Source: Acidobacteriota bacterium (lineage in GTDB: Bacteria; Acidobacteriota; UBA6911; RPQK01; JAJDTT01). From it: a stretch of DNA of 64,000 nucleotides. The stretch lies in contig OZ253580.1 in assembly GCA_965263035.1 (NCBI GenBank), positions 3,680,001 to 3,744,000 of the forward strand. Reading direction: 5' to 3'. Under the pieces are notes generated by a model. That model made no database searches, was not told the origin of the DNA, and worked only from the letters and a program-made list of their open reading frames with translations. This document shows, in pieces, positions 26,381-36,891 of the stretch (position 1 is the stretch's first letter; every line of letters starts with the position of its first letter). Made by a program: the position numbers and the translations under genes.

Positions 26381-28732
26381 CTAGCGGTTCCTGGATGAAC
26401 GTCGAGAGCGGGAGCTGCTCCCGGAAGATCCGGATCGTCTGGGCGCGGACCGCACCTTAGACTTGGATGGCTTGCTTCTCGACGGCGCTGGAGCGCGATA
26501 CGAGGGAGTCGACCTGGGGGAAGGCCGTGATTGCACCGAAGGACGAGAGCTGGGCCGTGACGAGGACCGGACTGCCGGACGCGAGACCGTCCGTTGGGAA
26601 GTGGGTCTCGACCGCCTCGAGCTGGAGACGGAGGGCCTTGCCTGGTTGCGGGGGGTGCGTTTGGTGACGGACCCTCTCGATCCGGATGAGGGCCGGGAAA
26701 TATTCCGGCTCGAAGCAGGGGATCGGGTCGACTGCGGGACCCGGGTCGGGGTGCGGATGACGTTCGGGCCGGACCGCCCGCTCTGGCGGGAATCGGTGCG
26801 TTGACGGGTAAAGGATCCCGTGGACCCGGTTCGATTGGGACGGCTGACGAATGATGGCCGGGATGGGGCCCGAACCTGAGAGTTTCCAGGGTTTGTGACG
26901 GAGGGCCTTGACGGGCTTCGGCTGGTGCGTTTGGTGACGGACCCTCTCGATCCGGACGAGGGTCGAGAAAGACCACGGCTCGAAGCAGGTGAGCGGCTCG
27001 ATTGCGGGGCCCGGGTCGGAGTCCGGATGACGTTCGCACCGGACCGCCCGCTCTGGCGGGAATCGGGGCGTTGACGGGTGAACGTTCGGGTGGATCCGGT
27101 TCGATCCGGACGGCTGACGTTCGATGGCCGGGATGGGGCCCGAACGGAAGAGCCGCCGGGTCGGGAGACGGAGGGCCCCGACGGACTGCGGTTTGTGCGT
27201 TTGGTGACGGACCGCGTCGATCCGGACGAGGACCGGGAAAGATCACGGCTCGAAGTCGAGGAACGGGCTGGCTGTGAGGCCTGGGTGCGGGAGCGGCTCA
27301 GGCTCTCTCGGGACCGGCCTTGTTGCCGGGAATCGGACCGTTGGCGCGTAATTGCTCGGGTGGGCCCGGTTCGATCGGAACGGTTGACGGTCGATCGCCG
27401 GGAGCCGCCTTTCACGACTCGGTCGCGAGTTCGATCGGCAGGTTTGGAAGCCAGCCTCGAGGAGCGGACGCCACTTCTCGAATTCACGGAATTCGGCCCC
27501 CGCACACGCGGACGCCGGAGTTCTCTGGGGAGACCCTGACGGAAACTTCCCACGATGGCGTTGGAGGCCACGACTCGAGTCCTTCCTGGTCCTCTTCCCA
27601 GATTGCGCCCATGAACGACGGTCAGCCCGTTGGAGCGGTCGCGTGGATTCCAATTCCGGAAAACGTTGTTCTGAACCACCACGGTCGTGTTGCCGCGCCC
27701 CCGATAGCCCCTTCCGTAGTAGCCCCTGGGCGCCCAGCCGACGTAACCGTTTCCCCAATAGAAGTCGACGTGCGCCGCACGCCAGCGGTTGAATCCCCCG
27801 GGCACCCAGGCCCAACGGGCCCGGGGCCCGTAATAGATCCAGCGCCCGTAATGGTAGGGCAGCCAACCCCAGGGCTCGTAGCTGACCCAGGTCCACCCGC
27901 CCGCGAGGTAGCCCCACCGACCGTGGCGAAACGGCGCCCATCCCACCGCGACGGTGGGCACCCAGACGTGTCCGTGGGAGCCGTAGTGAACCCAGTCGCC
28001 ATGATGGTCCAGAGAATGAACTCCCGGGTAGTCGACGCCCCCCAGATACCCAGTGGAACGGCTGCTCACCAGAAGGGCGTCCCGGCGCCCGCTCCAGAGC
28101 TCGAAATCGTCCAGATCCCGAACCAGAGCCTGGATTCCGCTCTGCTGTCCGTCCAGACGCAACTCGTGTCCGGTCTCCACTCTCACCTTCCCGTGCGGAC
28201 TGCGGACTTCCGCCCGGCCCTTGTGGACCACCAGGCGCATGGAACCGCCGGGATCGACCTGGATTCGGTAGAGTCCTTTCTCTCGGAAGCTCACCGAGGC
28301 CAAATCCGTCTCCGCATGGATCCCGCCCGCATCATTCACTCGGAGGATCAGATCGCCCTGGTGAATCTTCAGGATGTTCTTTTTCTGGGACAGTTCCGAG
28401 AAGAAGACGTCGGTCTCTCCGGAGATCCGGACGAAGTTGCCGTCCCCCAACTCCACCTCGATCCGCGAATCGGGGTGGGCGACGACCCGGTCGCCGCTGA
28501 CCAGGGGAAGATTGAGCGTCACCTCGTTCCAGTCCACGTCGCCGGAAGTCTCGTAGGCGGCGCGGCCGTCCATGAAGCTGACCCGGGCCGGATGTTCCCG
28601 GCTGGCCGAAACCCACGTGGTGGAAAATCCCGTCATCAGGATCAGGAGGGCGGACAACGGAGCCAGCCGGTCCCCCCGCCACACCCTCGAGTTTCTGTAA
28701 GCGCCTGGTGGAATGGGTGATGCTTTATTCAT
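26381..28732 (-). CDS. FecR/DUF6600-domain protein with a long Ser/Arg/Pro-rich tail
   Basis: ARVSFMDG..NLPLVSGDR, WAPFRHGRW, WVSYEPWGWLPYHYGRW; low-complexity repeat tail. Confidence 0.88.
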   Translation of the reverse strand: MNKASPIPPGAYRNSRVWRGDRLAPLSALLILMTGFSTTWVSASREHPARVSFMDGRAAYETSGDVDWNEVTLNLPLVSGDRVVAHPDSRIEVELGDGNFVRISGETDVFFSELSQKKNILKIHQGDLILRVNDAGGIHAETDLASVSFREKGLYRIQVDPGGSMRLVVHKGRAEVRSPHGKVRVETGHELRLDGQQSGIQALVRDLDDFELWSGRRDALLVSSRSTGYLGGVDYPGVHSLDHHGDWVHYGSHGHVWVPTVAVGWAPFRHGRWGYLAGGWTWVSYEPWGWLPYHYGRWIYYGPRARWAWVPGGFNRWRAAHVDFYWGNGYVGWAPRGYYGRGYRGRGNTTVVVQNNVFRNWNPRDRSNGLTVVHGRNLGRGPGRTRVVASNAIVGSFRQGLPRELRRPRVRGPNSVNSRSGVRSSRLASKPADRTRDRVVKGGSRRSTVNRSDRTGPTRAITRQRSDSRQQGRSRESLSRSRTQASQPARSSTSSRDLSRSSSGSTRSVTKRTNRSPSGPSVSRPGGSSVRAPSRPSNVSRPDRTGSTRTFTRQRPDSRQSGRSGANVIRTPTRAPQSSRSPASSRGLSRPSSGSRGSVTKRTSRSPSRPSVTNPGNSQVRAPSRPSFVSRPNRTGSTGSFTRQRTDSRQSGRSGPNVIRTPTRVPQSTRSPASSRNISRPSSGSRGSVTKRTPRNQARPSVSSSRRSRPTSQRTVSRPAVRSSSRPSSRPSVQSRPSPRSTPSYRAPAPSRSKPSKSKVRSAPRRSGSSGSSSRSRRSSRNR
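26630..27400 (-). repeat. About three degenerate 270-bp (90-aa) tandem repeats in the tail
   Basis: TTGGTGACGG recurs at 26661, 26931 and 27201; peptide SVTKRT...RAPSRPS..SRP.RTGST...RQR.DSRQ. Confidence 0.8.
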
Positions 28733-28923
28733 GATTGCCTCACTTCATACAGATGGCGCGCCTCTCTTCCCGGTTCAATTGAGATGACAGGCTGGTCGTT
28801 CTTGCTCCCTTCACCCGACTCCGCGGCGATTGGACTCACATTTTCCCTGGTGGCCGTCGCGACGGCTTCCGACTGGTTCGGCACCCCGATGGCCGTCGGT
28901 ATTGTACCGGTTCCGAAACGAGA

Positions 28924-28948
28924 ACGGGCAACCACCAGGGTTGCCCGT
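28924..28948 (-). terminator. Hairpin homologous to 26295-26325
   Basis: ACGGGCAACC-ACCAG-GGTTGCCCGT. Confidence 0.65.
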
Positions 28949-29003
28949 CTCTTCCAATGTTGTAGTCACAGCGCATCGGCGCGCGTTTCAGGCGAGTCCT
29001 GAA

Positions 29004-30707
29004 TCAGTTCCGATTGCGGTTCGTGGTCCGAGAGCGGGAGCCGCCTCCGGAAGATCCGGATTGTCTGGGAGCGGATCGTACCCGAGGGCTGGGTGAACGG
29101 CTGACCGATGGCGCCGCCGAGCGGGAAGAGGGAGCCGTGTAGGTAGGCCTCGAGGGATACGGTGTCCGGGAGGTGGAACGCGAAGAGGATCGGACCGACG
29201 GACTCGAAAAGGTCGGCGAGGTAGCGGGTCTCGATCGTCTCGAACTCCAGACGGATGGCCTGGACGCGCTACGGCTGCTGCGATTGCTGAGGGACCCTCT
29301 GGAACTGGGCGAGGACCGGGAAAAACTACGGCTCGGTGAAGTTGAGCGAAACGACCGCTGGTTCCGGGTCCGCGTGCGGTCGATGCCGGCGGTGGAACGT
29401 CCCAGGGTGGACCGCCGGGAGCTGTCTTGGCCGACTCTCTCCCGATTGCTCGCAGCCGATCGGGATGCCAATCTGGAGGCGCGCGAGCCCGTTCTCGAAA
29501 ATGCGGAGTTTCGATTCCACACACGAGAACGCCGGAGCTCTCTGGGGAGTCCCTCTCGGAATCCGCCCACGATGGTGTTGGAGGCCAAGACTCGAGTCCT
29601 CGCTGGTCCTCTGCCCAGATCGTTCCGGTGGACGACCGTCAGGCCGTTGGAGCGATCCCGCGGGTTCCCAAGCCCTTGGTTGCCGCCGGTGTAGTAGCCT
29701 CTGGGCGCCCAGCCGACGTAACCACTTCCCCAATAGAAGTCGACAAGGGAGGGGTGCCACCGGTTGAAACCTCCGGGCATCCAGGCCCAACGACCCACCG
29801 GCTGGTAATAGATCCAGTTCCCGTAGTGATAGGGGAGCCAACCCCAGGGCTCGTGGCTGACCCAGGTCAGGCCGGAAGAGAGATAGGTCCACCGTCCGTT
29901 TCGAAACGGAGCCCATCCCACCGAGGCGTCGGGCACCCAGACATGCCCGTAGCGCCCGTAGTTGTCCCAGTTGCCATGATGGTCCAGCGACCGGGCTCCA
30001 GGGAAGTCCTCGCCCCCCAGGTACGCGGCGGAACGGCTGCTTACCATGACGGCATCCCGCCGGCCGCTCCAGAGTTCGAAATCGTCCAGATCCCGAACCA
30101 GCGCCTGGCTTCCGATCCGGCGTCCGTCCAGAAGCAGTTGTTGTCCCGTCTCCACTCTCTCCTTCCCGTGCCGGCTGCTGACTTCCGCCCGGCCCTGGTG
30201 GACCACCAAGCCTGTCGAGCCGTCGGGATCGACCTGGATTCTGTAAAGCCCCTGCTTGCGAATCTTGACGGAGGCCAGCTCTAAATCGACCTGGACCCGA
30301 TCCGCATCATTCACCCGCAGGATCACGTCGCCCGCGTGAATCTTCAGGATGGTCTTTTTCTGGGACAGCTCAGGGAAGAGGACATCGGTCTCGCCGGAGA
30401 TTCGGACGAAGTTGCCGTCGCCCAACTCGACTTCAATCCGTGAATCGGGGTGGCCGACGATCCGGTCGCCGCTGACCAGGGGAAGATTGAGGGTCAGTTC
30501 GTTCCAGTCCACGTCGCCGGACGTCTCGTAGGCGGCGCGGCCGTCCATGAAGCTGACCCGGGCCGGGTGATCCCGGCCGGCCGAAACCCAGGTGGTGGAA
30601 AATCCCGTAATCAGGGTAACGAACGCGCACAACAGAGCCGTTCGGCTCCACCGTCGCGTCCTTAAGTGTATGGAATTGCCTGTGGGAACTAGGAGTGAGA
30701 TTCTCAT
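29004..30707 (-). CDS. FecR/DUF6600-domain protein (tandem paralog with shorter tail)
   Basis: N-terminal domain highly similar to 26381-28732. Confidence 0.88.
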   Translation of the reverse strand: MRISLLVPTGNSIHLRTRRWSRTALLCAFVTLITGFSTTWVSAGRDHPARVSFMDGRAAYETSGDVDWNELTLNLPLVSGDRIVGHPDSRIEVELGDGNFVRISGETDVLFPELSQKKTILKIHAGDVILRVNDADRVQVDLELASVKIRKQGLYRIQVDPDGSTGLVVHQGRAEVSSRHGKERVETGQQLLLDGRRIGSQALVRDLDDFELWSGRRDAVMVSSRSAAYLGGEDFPGARSLDHHGNWDNYGRYGHVWVPDASVGWAPFRNGRWTYLSSGLTWVSHEPWGWLPYHYGNWIYYQPVGRWAWMPGGFNRWHPSLVDFYWGSGYVGWAPRGYYTGGNQGLGNPRDRSNGLTVVHRNDLGRGPARTRVLASNTIVGGFREGLPRELRRSRVWNRNSAFSRTGSRASRLASRSAASNRERVGQDSSRRSTLGRSTAGIDRTRTRNQRSFRSTSPSRSFSRSSPSSRGSLSNRSSRSASRPSVWSSRRSRPATSPTFSSPSVRSSSRSTSRTPYPSRPTYTAPSSRSAAPSVSRSPSPRVRSAPRQSGSSGGGSRSRTTNRNRN

Positions 30708-30795
30708 GATTGCCTCCCAGTATACAGACGGAGACAATTCTTGCCCGGTTCAATTTCCAATAAAGTTTTCTATCGCGTTTTCCTTACCGGACTCC

Positions 30796-31884
30796 TCACC
30801 GTGTGAACTCGTAGGTCCCCTTCAAATACGAGGCATCCCGGAACTGTTCGATCCATTCACCCGAAACCAGATTCGACTCGAAGGAGAATTGGTCGTGTCC
30901 AATCGACATGGTTGCCTCTTCGTCCAAGAAAGGATCGTGACGAATCGTATAGGCAAGCCGGAGCTGGCCATCCTTCAGTTCGCCGTTGACCAGGCTGAAC
31001 TCCGGAACCTCCCACGCTACACCGTCCAGGCCCGAGATCATCATGTAACCACGAATGAACGAGCCGTCAGCCCAGAGGGCAAGTTCGCCAGTGGCGTAGC
31101 CGTCATCGTCCTCAAGGCGAACCGAATAGGTGACCGGGGCCGGGTCCAGTGGAAGACTGGAGAACTGTCCGCCTGAGAAGGTGAGGGCCGTTCCGAAAAT
31201 AGGGAAGTCGGAAGCGATTTCGACCTTGCCGCCGTCCAGCGTCTGACCCGGAAAGTACTCATGGAGGAATTTGGCCGTGTGAGAGAGTGGCCCTAATGTA
31301 ATGGGCTTCTTGGGCCCCAACGGGTTGCCGTCTCCCGAGAAGAGGGAGAGTTCGACCTTGGCCGTTCTTTCTCCGTTCAAGTCGCCGTTGGCTAGGGCAA
31401 GGGCGATCTCCGAGAATTTCTCGAACGGAATGGAAGCCCGGTAAAACTCCTTGGACGGGGCAATGCCGACGCTATCGCTCACCCGGCCGTCCTCGAGTAT
31501 CAGATATGTGAGGTTCGCCTCGATGAGGTTGTCCAGCAAGAGATCATCGGACCGCAGAATGGCGGCCCCGGCCTCCAATTGGGATCCGGTCAATCGAAGG
31601 GTGACCGTGGCCTGGGGCTGGATTTCCACGCCATACTCCCCGTTTTGCACGACGTCGCCGTTGACCATTGGGTTCCAGGCCACGTCTTCGCCGTCATCGG
31701 TTCTGAACAGGAACAGCGTCCCGACATAGACGTGTGTTTCCCGGTTCGTGAGGTTGATGATGGTCTCATATCCACCTCCCGCCACGACTTGTCCGAACGC
31801 GGCGTCCTTTTTGGGATAGAAGTTTTGCGCTGAGGCGACTGCCGTGAAGGCGAGCCAGACCAGTACGAATCGTTTTGTCTGCAT
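30796..31884 (-). CDS. Secreted hypothetical protein
   Basis: RBS GGAGG, signal peptide; FGQVVAGGGYETIINLTN...IALALAN...AKFLHEYFP resembles the C-terminal domains of the LRR protein. Confidence 0.7.
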   Translation of the reverse strand: MQTKRFVLVWLAFTAVASAQNFYPKKDAAFGQVVAGGGYETIINLTNRETHVYVGTLFLFRTDDGEDVAWNPMVNGDVVQNGEYGVEIQPQATVTLRLTGSQLEAGAAILRSDDLLLDNLIEANLTYLILEDGRVSDSVGIAPSKEFYRASIPFEKFSEIALALANGDLNGERTAKVELSLFSGDGNPLGPKKPITLGPLSHTAKFLHEYFPGQTLDGGKVEIASDFPIFGTALTFSGGQFSSLPLDPAPVTYSVRLEDDDGYATGELALWADGSFIRGYMMISGLDGVAWEVPEFSLVNGELKDGQLRLAYTIRHDPFLDEEATMSIGHDQFSFESNLVSGEWIEQFRDASYLKGTYEFTR

Positions 31885-31961
31885 CTCTGTTCCTCCAGTA
31901 CTCACGCTTTTTGTTGACGGGACGGCGGGGACAATAGTTCGATCCCCAATCAAGGATTCGT

Positions 31962-33008
31962 TCAGTACCCGGCCGCCTTGTCGACGATGTGCCGGAGGGT
32001 TCGGCCCGTGACGAACCGCTCGATGTTGTCCCGGATCAGATTGGTGAGCCGCTCGCCCGACCGGTCGGAGCGGGTCGCCACGTGGGGCGTGATGATGACG
32101 TTGTCCATCTTCCAGAGAGGATGGCCGGGGGGCAGGGGCTCCGGATCGGTGACGTCCAGGCCGGCGGCCCGGACCTTGCCCGACCGCAGGGCCGCCAGCA
32201 GCGCTTCGGTCTGGATCACCTTTCCCCGGGACACGTTCACCACGTAGACGCCCTCCTTCATGGCAGCGAACTCCGCGGCCCCCAGCATTCCTTCCGAGGC
32301 GGGCGTGTGGGGCACGCAGCTCACCACCACGTCGGCCTTGGGCAGGACTTTGTGCAACTGGTCCGGAACCACCACTTCCTCCACGTCCCGGCTCAGCGGA
32401 ATGTCCTTGGGATCGACGCCCAGCACCCGCATGCCGAACGCCGCGGCGCGTTGGGCCACCTGGGAGCCGATGCCGCCGAGTCCGATGATCACCATGGTCT
32501 TGTGACGGAGCTCGATCATGGGCAGCCGGCTCGCCCCGCGTTTCCAGGTTCCACGGTCCATTTCACGGTCGAACTGTTTCAGATTCCGGGTGAGCGTCAG
32601 CAGCAGGGCAAAGACGTGGTCGGCGATCTCCGGTCCCATCATGATCTTGGCGTTGGTCACGGTGATATCGCTGTCCCTCAATTCGGGCAAGTGGACGATC
32701 TTCTCCACTCCGGCGCTGGTGCTGTGGACCCATCTCAACTTCTTGCCCCGGCGCAGGATCTCCCGGCCCTGATCGCCGTAGGGCAGGCCGATGATGGCGT
32801 CGCAGTCGCCGATGAGGCCGGCGATCTCGCCGCGGCCGGCCGCCACCAGCTCCAGGTTGGGCAGTCTCTTCTCCAGGTCCGCCATTTGTTGCTTCTGGCC
32901 GGGCGAAACCAGGACCTTCACGGTCGAGGCCAGCCCCAGGATCTGGCTCGGGACCAGTATCCAGAGCAGGCACCAACCCATCGTCTGAAATCCGAAGAGG
33001 CGTTTCAT
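31962..33008 (-). CDS. D-2-hydroxyacid dehydrogenase with an N-terminal signal-like segment
   Basis: IIGLGGIG, VNVSRG, LDVTDPEPL, ITPHVA. Confidence 0.92.
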   Translation of the reverse strand: MKRLFGFQTMGWCLLWILVPSQILGLASTVKVLVSPGQKQQMADLEKRLPNLELVAAGRGEIAGLIGDCDAIIGLPYGDQGREILRRGKKLRWVHSTSAGVEKIVHLPELRDSDITVTNAKIMMGPEIADHVFALLLTLTRNLKQFDREMDRGTWKRGASRLPMIELRHKTMVIIGLGGIGSQVAQRAAAFGMRVLGVDPKDIPLSRDVEEVVVPDQLHKVLPKADVVVSCVPHTPASEGMLGAAEFAAMKEGVYVVNVSRGKVIQTEALLAALRSGKVRAAGLDVTDPEPLPPGHPLWKMDNVIITPHVATRSDRSGERLTNLIRDNIERFVTGRTLRHIVDKAAGY

Positions 33009-33120
33009 AATTGTCTCCTAGGGTGGGATCAAGGTCGAAAACCGACATCGAGTCGGGACACTGGAGCCATTTTGCGACAAACTGTCCAGGAATCAAACCT
33101 GGATCGGAGGTGCAAGAACC

Positions 33121-34077
33121 ATGAGGAAGTGGACACTACTGCTGGTATTGACCCTGTTCCCCCATCTGGCCGGCTCCGGGATCGTCGCCTCGTCAGAGGC
33201 GGCCGAGCCCCCGAAGCGGATCAACAAGGCCATCGAGCTACTGGAGCGAGGGCAGCCCATCTACTACGCGGGAGCCCATGGCGGCTACGAAGAGGGCCGG
33301 AAGATGGCCCGGACCTGGGCCGACTACATCAACTACGAGATGGAGCATGGATCCTACGATGTGACTCTGCTCCGGAAGTTCATGCAGGGTCTGGCGGACG
33401 GCGGTCCCACCCCCAGCGGGCACCGGACACCGGCCGTCATCTGCACCTTGCCGGTGGGCGGGATCGATGAGGCCACCATGAAGGCCAATTACTGGATGGT
33501 GCAGCAGGTCCTGGCCACCGGGGTCCATGGGATCCTGCTCTGCCACGCCCGAACGCCCGGGGCGGTCCAGATCCTGGTGCAGGCCGCCCGCTATCCCTTT
33601 CACCGGCAGGGCGTGGGAACTGGCCTCGGCGAGGGTCTGCGAGGCAGCGGAGGCCAGGGTTTCGCCAGCGGGATCTGGGGTGTCGAAGTGGACCGTTATC
33701 TTGAGATCGCGGACCCCTGGCCTCTGAATCCCCAGGGGGAGATCCTCCTGGGACTCAAGGTGGAAGACCGCCACGCTCTGATCCACGCCGAGGCGAGCGT
33801 GCAGGTGCCGGGCGTCGGATTCGCCGAGTGGGGACCCAGCGACATGGGTTTTTCCTTGCGCTCCACGAAACTCCCGGGCGAGGAGCTGTCCACGCTGATG
33901 CGGACGGCCCGGCAACGGGTCTTTTCCGCCTGCAAGGCCGCCGGGGTCGCCTTCCTCAACGGGGTGCGTGCGGATACGGTGGAAGCCATGATCGACGAGG
34001 GGGTCATGATCGGGTCCGGGGGCCGCGAGGCCGCCGAGAAGGGCCGCAAGTACACCAAGCGGAAGATGCCGTGGTGA
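33121..34077 (+). CDS. HpcH/HpaI aldolase-like protein with a signal peptide
   Basis: YINYEMEHG, QVLATGVHG, KVED, WGPSDMG. Confidence 0.75.
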   Translation: MRKWTLLLVLTLFPHLAGSGIVASSEAAEPPKRINKAIELLERGQPIYYAGAHGGYEEGRKMARTWADYINYEMEHGSYDVTLLRKFMQGLADGGPTPSGHRTPAVICTLPVGGIDEATMKANYWMVQQVLATGVHGILLCHARTPGAVQILVQAARYPFHRQGVGTGLGEGLRGSGGQGFASGIWGVEVDRYLEIADPWPLNPQGEILLGLKVEDRHALIHAEASVQVPGVGFAEWGPSDMGFSLRSTKLPGEELSTLMRTARQRVFSACKAAGVAFLNGVRADTVEAMIDEGVMIGSGGREAAEKGRKYTKRKMPW

Positions 34078-34116
34078 GTCAGGATCCCGAGCAGTTGGAT
34101 CTTGACGCGAAGGACG

Positions 34117-36798
34117 TCAGGCGCCTGGCGGGCCGGCCACGATCCGTTTTGCCACAACTTCTTGGCCGGAACGCGCGGTGGCGATGACCGTCTCCCCGGG
34201 CTCGACGCCGATGAGCCCAGGGACGGGAAGCCTTCCGTCCGGAAGCGTTCGCGCGCCGCGCAGGGGCCTGCCATCGGTCCTTGACAGCAGGATGTCCGCG
34301 TCAGGTAGCAACCGGGTGGCGGGCAGGGAGCAGGTAGGGGTTCTCCCGGTGCGGGACGCCAATTCCTGGACCTGGCCCCCGCCGCGGGGCCGTTCGGCCG
34401 GCGGGTCCACCAGGTTGCGCACCCGCAGACCGATGGCCGGGTCTTCCCCTCTCGGGTCGAACTCCATTTCCAGGAAATTCCAGTAGAACGGACCGGCCAG
34501 CTTGCGCAGGTCCGGCGTGTCGTAGCTCTGATGGTAGAGTGCCTTGACGGCCACCTTCCGGCCGTCGAAGTCGGTCATGCGGGGCCCGAAACCCTCCTTG
34601 ACACCTCGGCCTCCGCTCCGGCCGATGGGTCCGAAGGAACACTCGAAGACGCGGTGCTCCAAATTCTGCAGGATCATGCCCGTATGCACGTCCCCGTAGA
34701 CGGTGGTCACGCCCGTGCGGGAGCCGAGCAGTTCCAGGACCCGGCTCGCTCCGGCCGCGACCCATCCGGCATAGTCGGCTGAGACGCGGTCGCGCTCGCC
34801 GAGACTGGTCTTGGCGTCGGCCCGCCGGCCGTCCCCGGTCCAGATGGTGTGAAGGCCGTTGATTCCGGTCAGGCAGATCAGAGGCGAGGAATCCGTGCGA
34901 ATCGTCTCGCGCAGCCAGGCGAACTGTTCCTCGCCCAGGAGGCTGCGGGTGACGTCGGTCCTCGGGTAGAGGTTCTCCTTGGCGCCCCAACCCTGGTCAT
35001 CCCAGATATTTGTGTCCTGGCTCGAGCGCCAGAGCCTGGAATCGAGGATGAGCAGGCTGAAATCACCCTTGGGCATCTTCCAGCGCCTCCATTTCTTGGG
35101 ATTCCCGGTCGCCGAAGGAGCCTCGTCTCCCGTCACCAGATGGTGGACGATCTGGAAGTTGCGCCGCATGTAGTCCCGGTCCTGACCGAGATCCTCGTGG
35201 GCTCGGATCGCGATCTGTTCCGGACCCTTCACGTCGTCCATGCCGTAGTCGTGGTCGCCGGGATTGATGGTGTTCCAGTGGCGCATCATCTGCCAGCGCG
35301 TCGTCGGCCCGCAGAGCGTGGTGGTGACGATCTTGTACGCGTCGTCGGGGGAGGGCGGGTACAGAAGGAGCTCCATGTACCAGACATCGTCCTCCCACAT
35401 CATGACCTGGAATCCGTAGTCGCCCAGGTGCCGGTAGGCGCCCGGCGTGGGCTGGTCGTGGACGAAGAAGCCTCCACCCGGTCCCGCGTCGGGCAGATTC
35501 GGTTGGCTCCCGCTGATGGCATGGCAGGAGAGGCCGCACAGCCGGTAGGGGGCCGAGAGCCTGGGGAGCCGGCCCACATAAGCGCCGCTGTTGGGCACGT
35601 CTCCGACTTGGCCGGTTCCGATGCCGACGGCGTCGCTGCCCAGCCTGGAATCCGCCGTCACATCGCGGCCGTCCTTCCAGACCGTGTAGTAGAGGTCCGT
35701 ATCCGCGGGGTTGCGCGGCAGCGTGGTGTCGATCACGGTCGTGTTGCGCCGGAAGTCGTTGTTGACGATGGACGCCTGTCCCGCCACCGGAACCAACTCC
35801 CAGCCGCCGGCCGGATCCGGCGTATCCGCGACTCGCACCACCGCCTTCGTCCCTTCACGGCGGAACAGGGCAATGAATCGCACGCGCCAGGCGTCGCCTG
35901 CTTGGCGCAGGGTGTCCCCCAGGGCGTAGCAGACGTGGCACTCGTTGATCCGCGGGTCCAGCGGGCTGTTCTCGCCGGGGTCGATGGTGAATTTGCCGAC
36001 CTCGAAGTCCAGGAGGCCACGCCCCGCGATCCCGGCGAAGCCCTGGAGGTGTCTTGCCCGGTTCAGGTTCTCGACCTGGATCTCGGCCATGCGGCCGCGT
36101 CCCTCGATGTCCAGCGATGCCGAAACGGTCCCCTTGTCGGCATCGTCCCCCGAGACGGCCACTACGATCCGGAAACGGTCCCCAGCCGATGGCCTCGGAA
36201 CCCGCTCGATGGCAATGACCGCGTCCGAACCGTGCTCCCGGATTCCGAAAGTGCCATCGTCGGTCCAGGCGGCGATCCACGCCGCCTTCCCGTCCGGGCC
36301 GGACATGCCGAAGGACTCGTACAGAGTCGACGAACCGAAGGAGAGGCCTATCAGGCCGTACCCCTCCTGGTACATCCGCCACTTCGGGTCGTCCTGCTCC
36401 GACGGACCGTGCGAAGGAGCGTGAACCCGTCCCGTCATTTCAAGCTTGTAGTTCCCGGTCAGACGCCAATGCCGGTGCCAGATCAACCCCGGCGGGAGGG
36501 TGGGGTCGTAGTCGACCGGCATGGTGTGGCTCCCCAGCCGATCTCCGTGAGTCTCGTAGTGATAGGGGAATCCGGTGTTGCGGGCGCGGTCGCCGACATT
36601 GTGAATTCGCCGTCGAAGGGCGTTGTTGCGGATGCTCCAATAGCCGGGATTCAGCGTCTCCCAGTCGTCCCCGTGGTGCAGGGAGTCAGGCCGCCGGAAG
36701 GAAACCGAATGCGCCCGAGTCGTCCCGGTGGAGACCGACGCCACCGCCGTAACTGTCGCTGCCTGCAAGAACGTCCTGCGATCGATGGCGTTATTCAT
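34117..36798 (-). CDS. Tat-exported protein with a PhoD-like metallophosphatase domain
   Basis: DRRTFL Tat motif; GDHDYG, ILDSRLWR, LLGEEQFAWL, YGDVH. Confidence 0.75.
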   Translation of the reverse strand: MNNAIDRRTFLQAATVTAVASVSTGTTRAHSVSFRRPDSLHHGDDWETLNPGYWSIRNNALRRRIHNVGDRARNTGFPYHYETHGDRLGSHTMPVDYDPTLPPGLIWHRHWRLTGNYKLEMTGRVHAPSHGPSEQDDPKWRMYQEGYGLIGLSFGSSTLYESFGMSGPDGKAAWIAAWTDDGTFGIREHGSDAVIAIERVPRPSAGDRFRIVVAVSGDDADKGTVSASLDIEGRGRMAEIQVENLNRARHLQGFAGIAGRGLLDFEVGKFTIDPGENSPLDPRINECHVCYALGDTLRQAGDAWRVRFIALFRREGTKAVVRVADTPDPAGGWELVPVAGQASIVNNDFRRNTTVIDTTLPRNPADTDLYYTVWKDGRDVTADSRLGSDAVGIGTGQVGDVPNSGAYVGRLPRLSAPYRLCGLSCHAISGSQPNLPDAGPGGGFFVHDQPTPGAYRHLGDYGFQVMMWEDDVWYMELLLYPPSPDDAYKIVTTTLCGPTTRWQMMRHWNTINPGDHDYGMDDVKGPEQIAIRAHEDLGQDRDYMRRNFQIVHHLVTGDEAPSATGNPKKWRRWKMPKGDFSLLILDSRLWRSSQDTNIWDDQGWGAKENLYPRTDVTRSLLGEEQFAWLRETIRTDSSPLICLTGINGLHTIWTGDGRRADAKTSLGERDRVSADYAGWVAAGASRVLELLGSRTGVTTVYGDVHTGMILQNLEHRVFECSFGPIGRSGGRGVKEGFGPRMTDFDGRKVAVKALYHQSYDTPDLRKLAGPFYWNFLEMEFDPRGEDPAIGLRVRNLVDPPAERPRGGGQVQELASRTGRTPTCSLPATRLLPDADILLSRTDGRPLRGARTLPDGRLPVPGLIGVEPGETVIATARSGQEVVAKRIVAGPPGA

Positions 36799-36891
36799 CT
36801 TGTGCCTATCCTACCAAGGGGGCCGCGAAGGGGTCCGGGGGATGGGACGGATTCATCGCCGGCCGCAACCCTGGCCAGCTCTGGGACCGTT

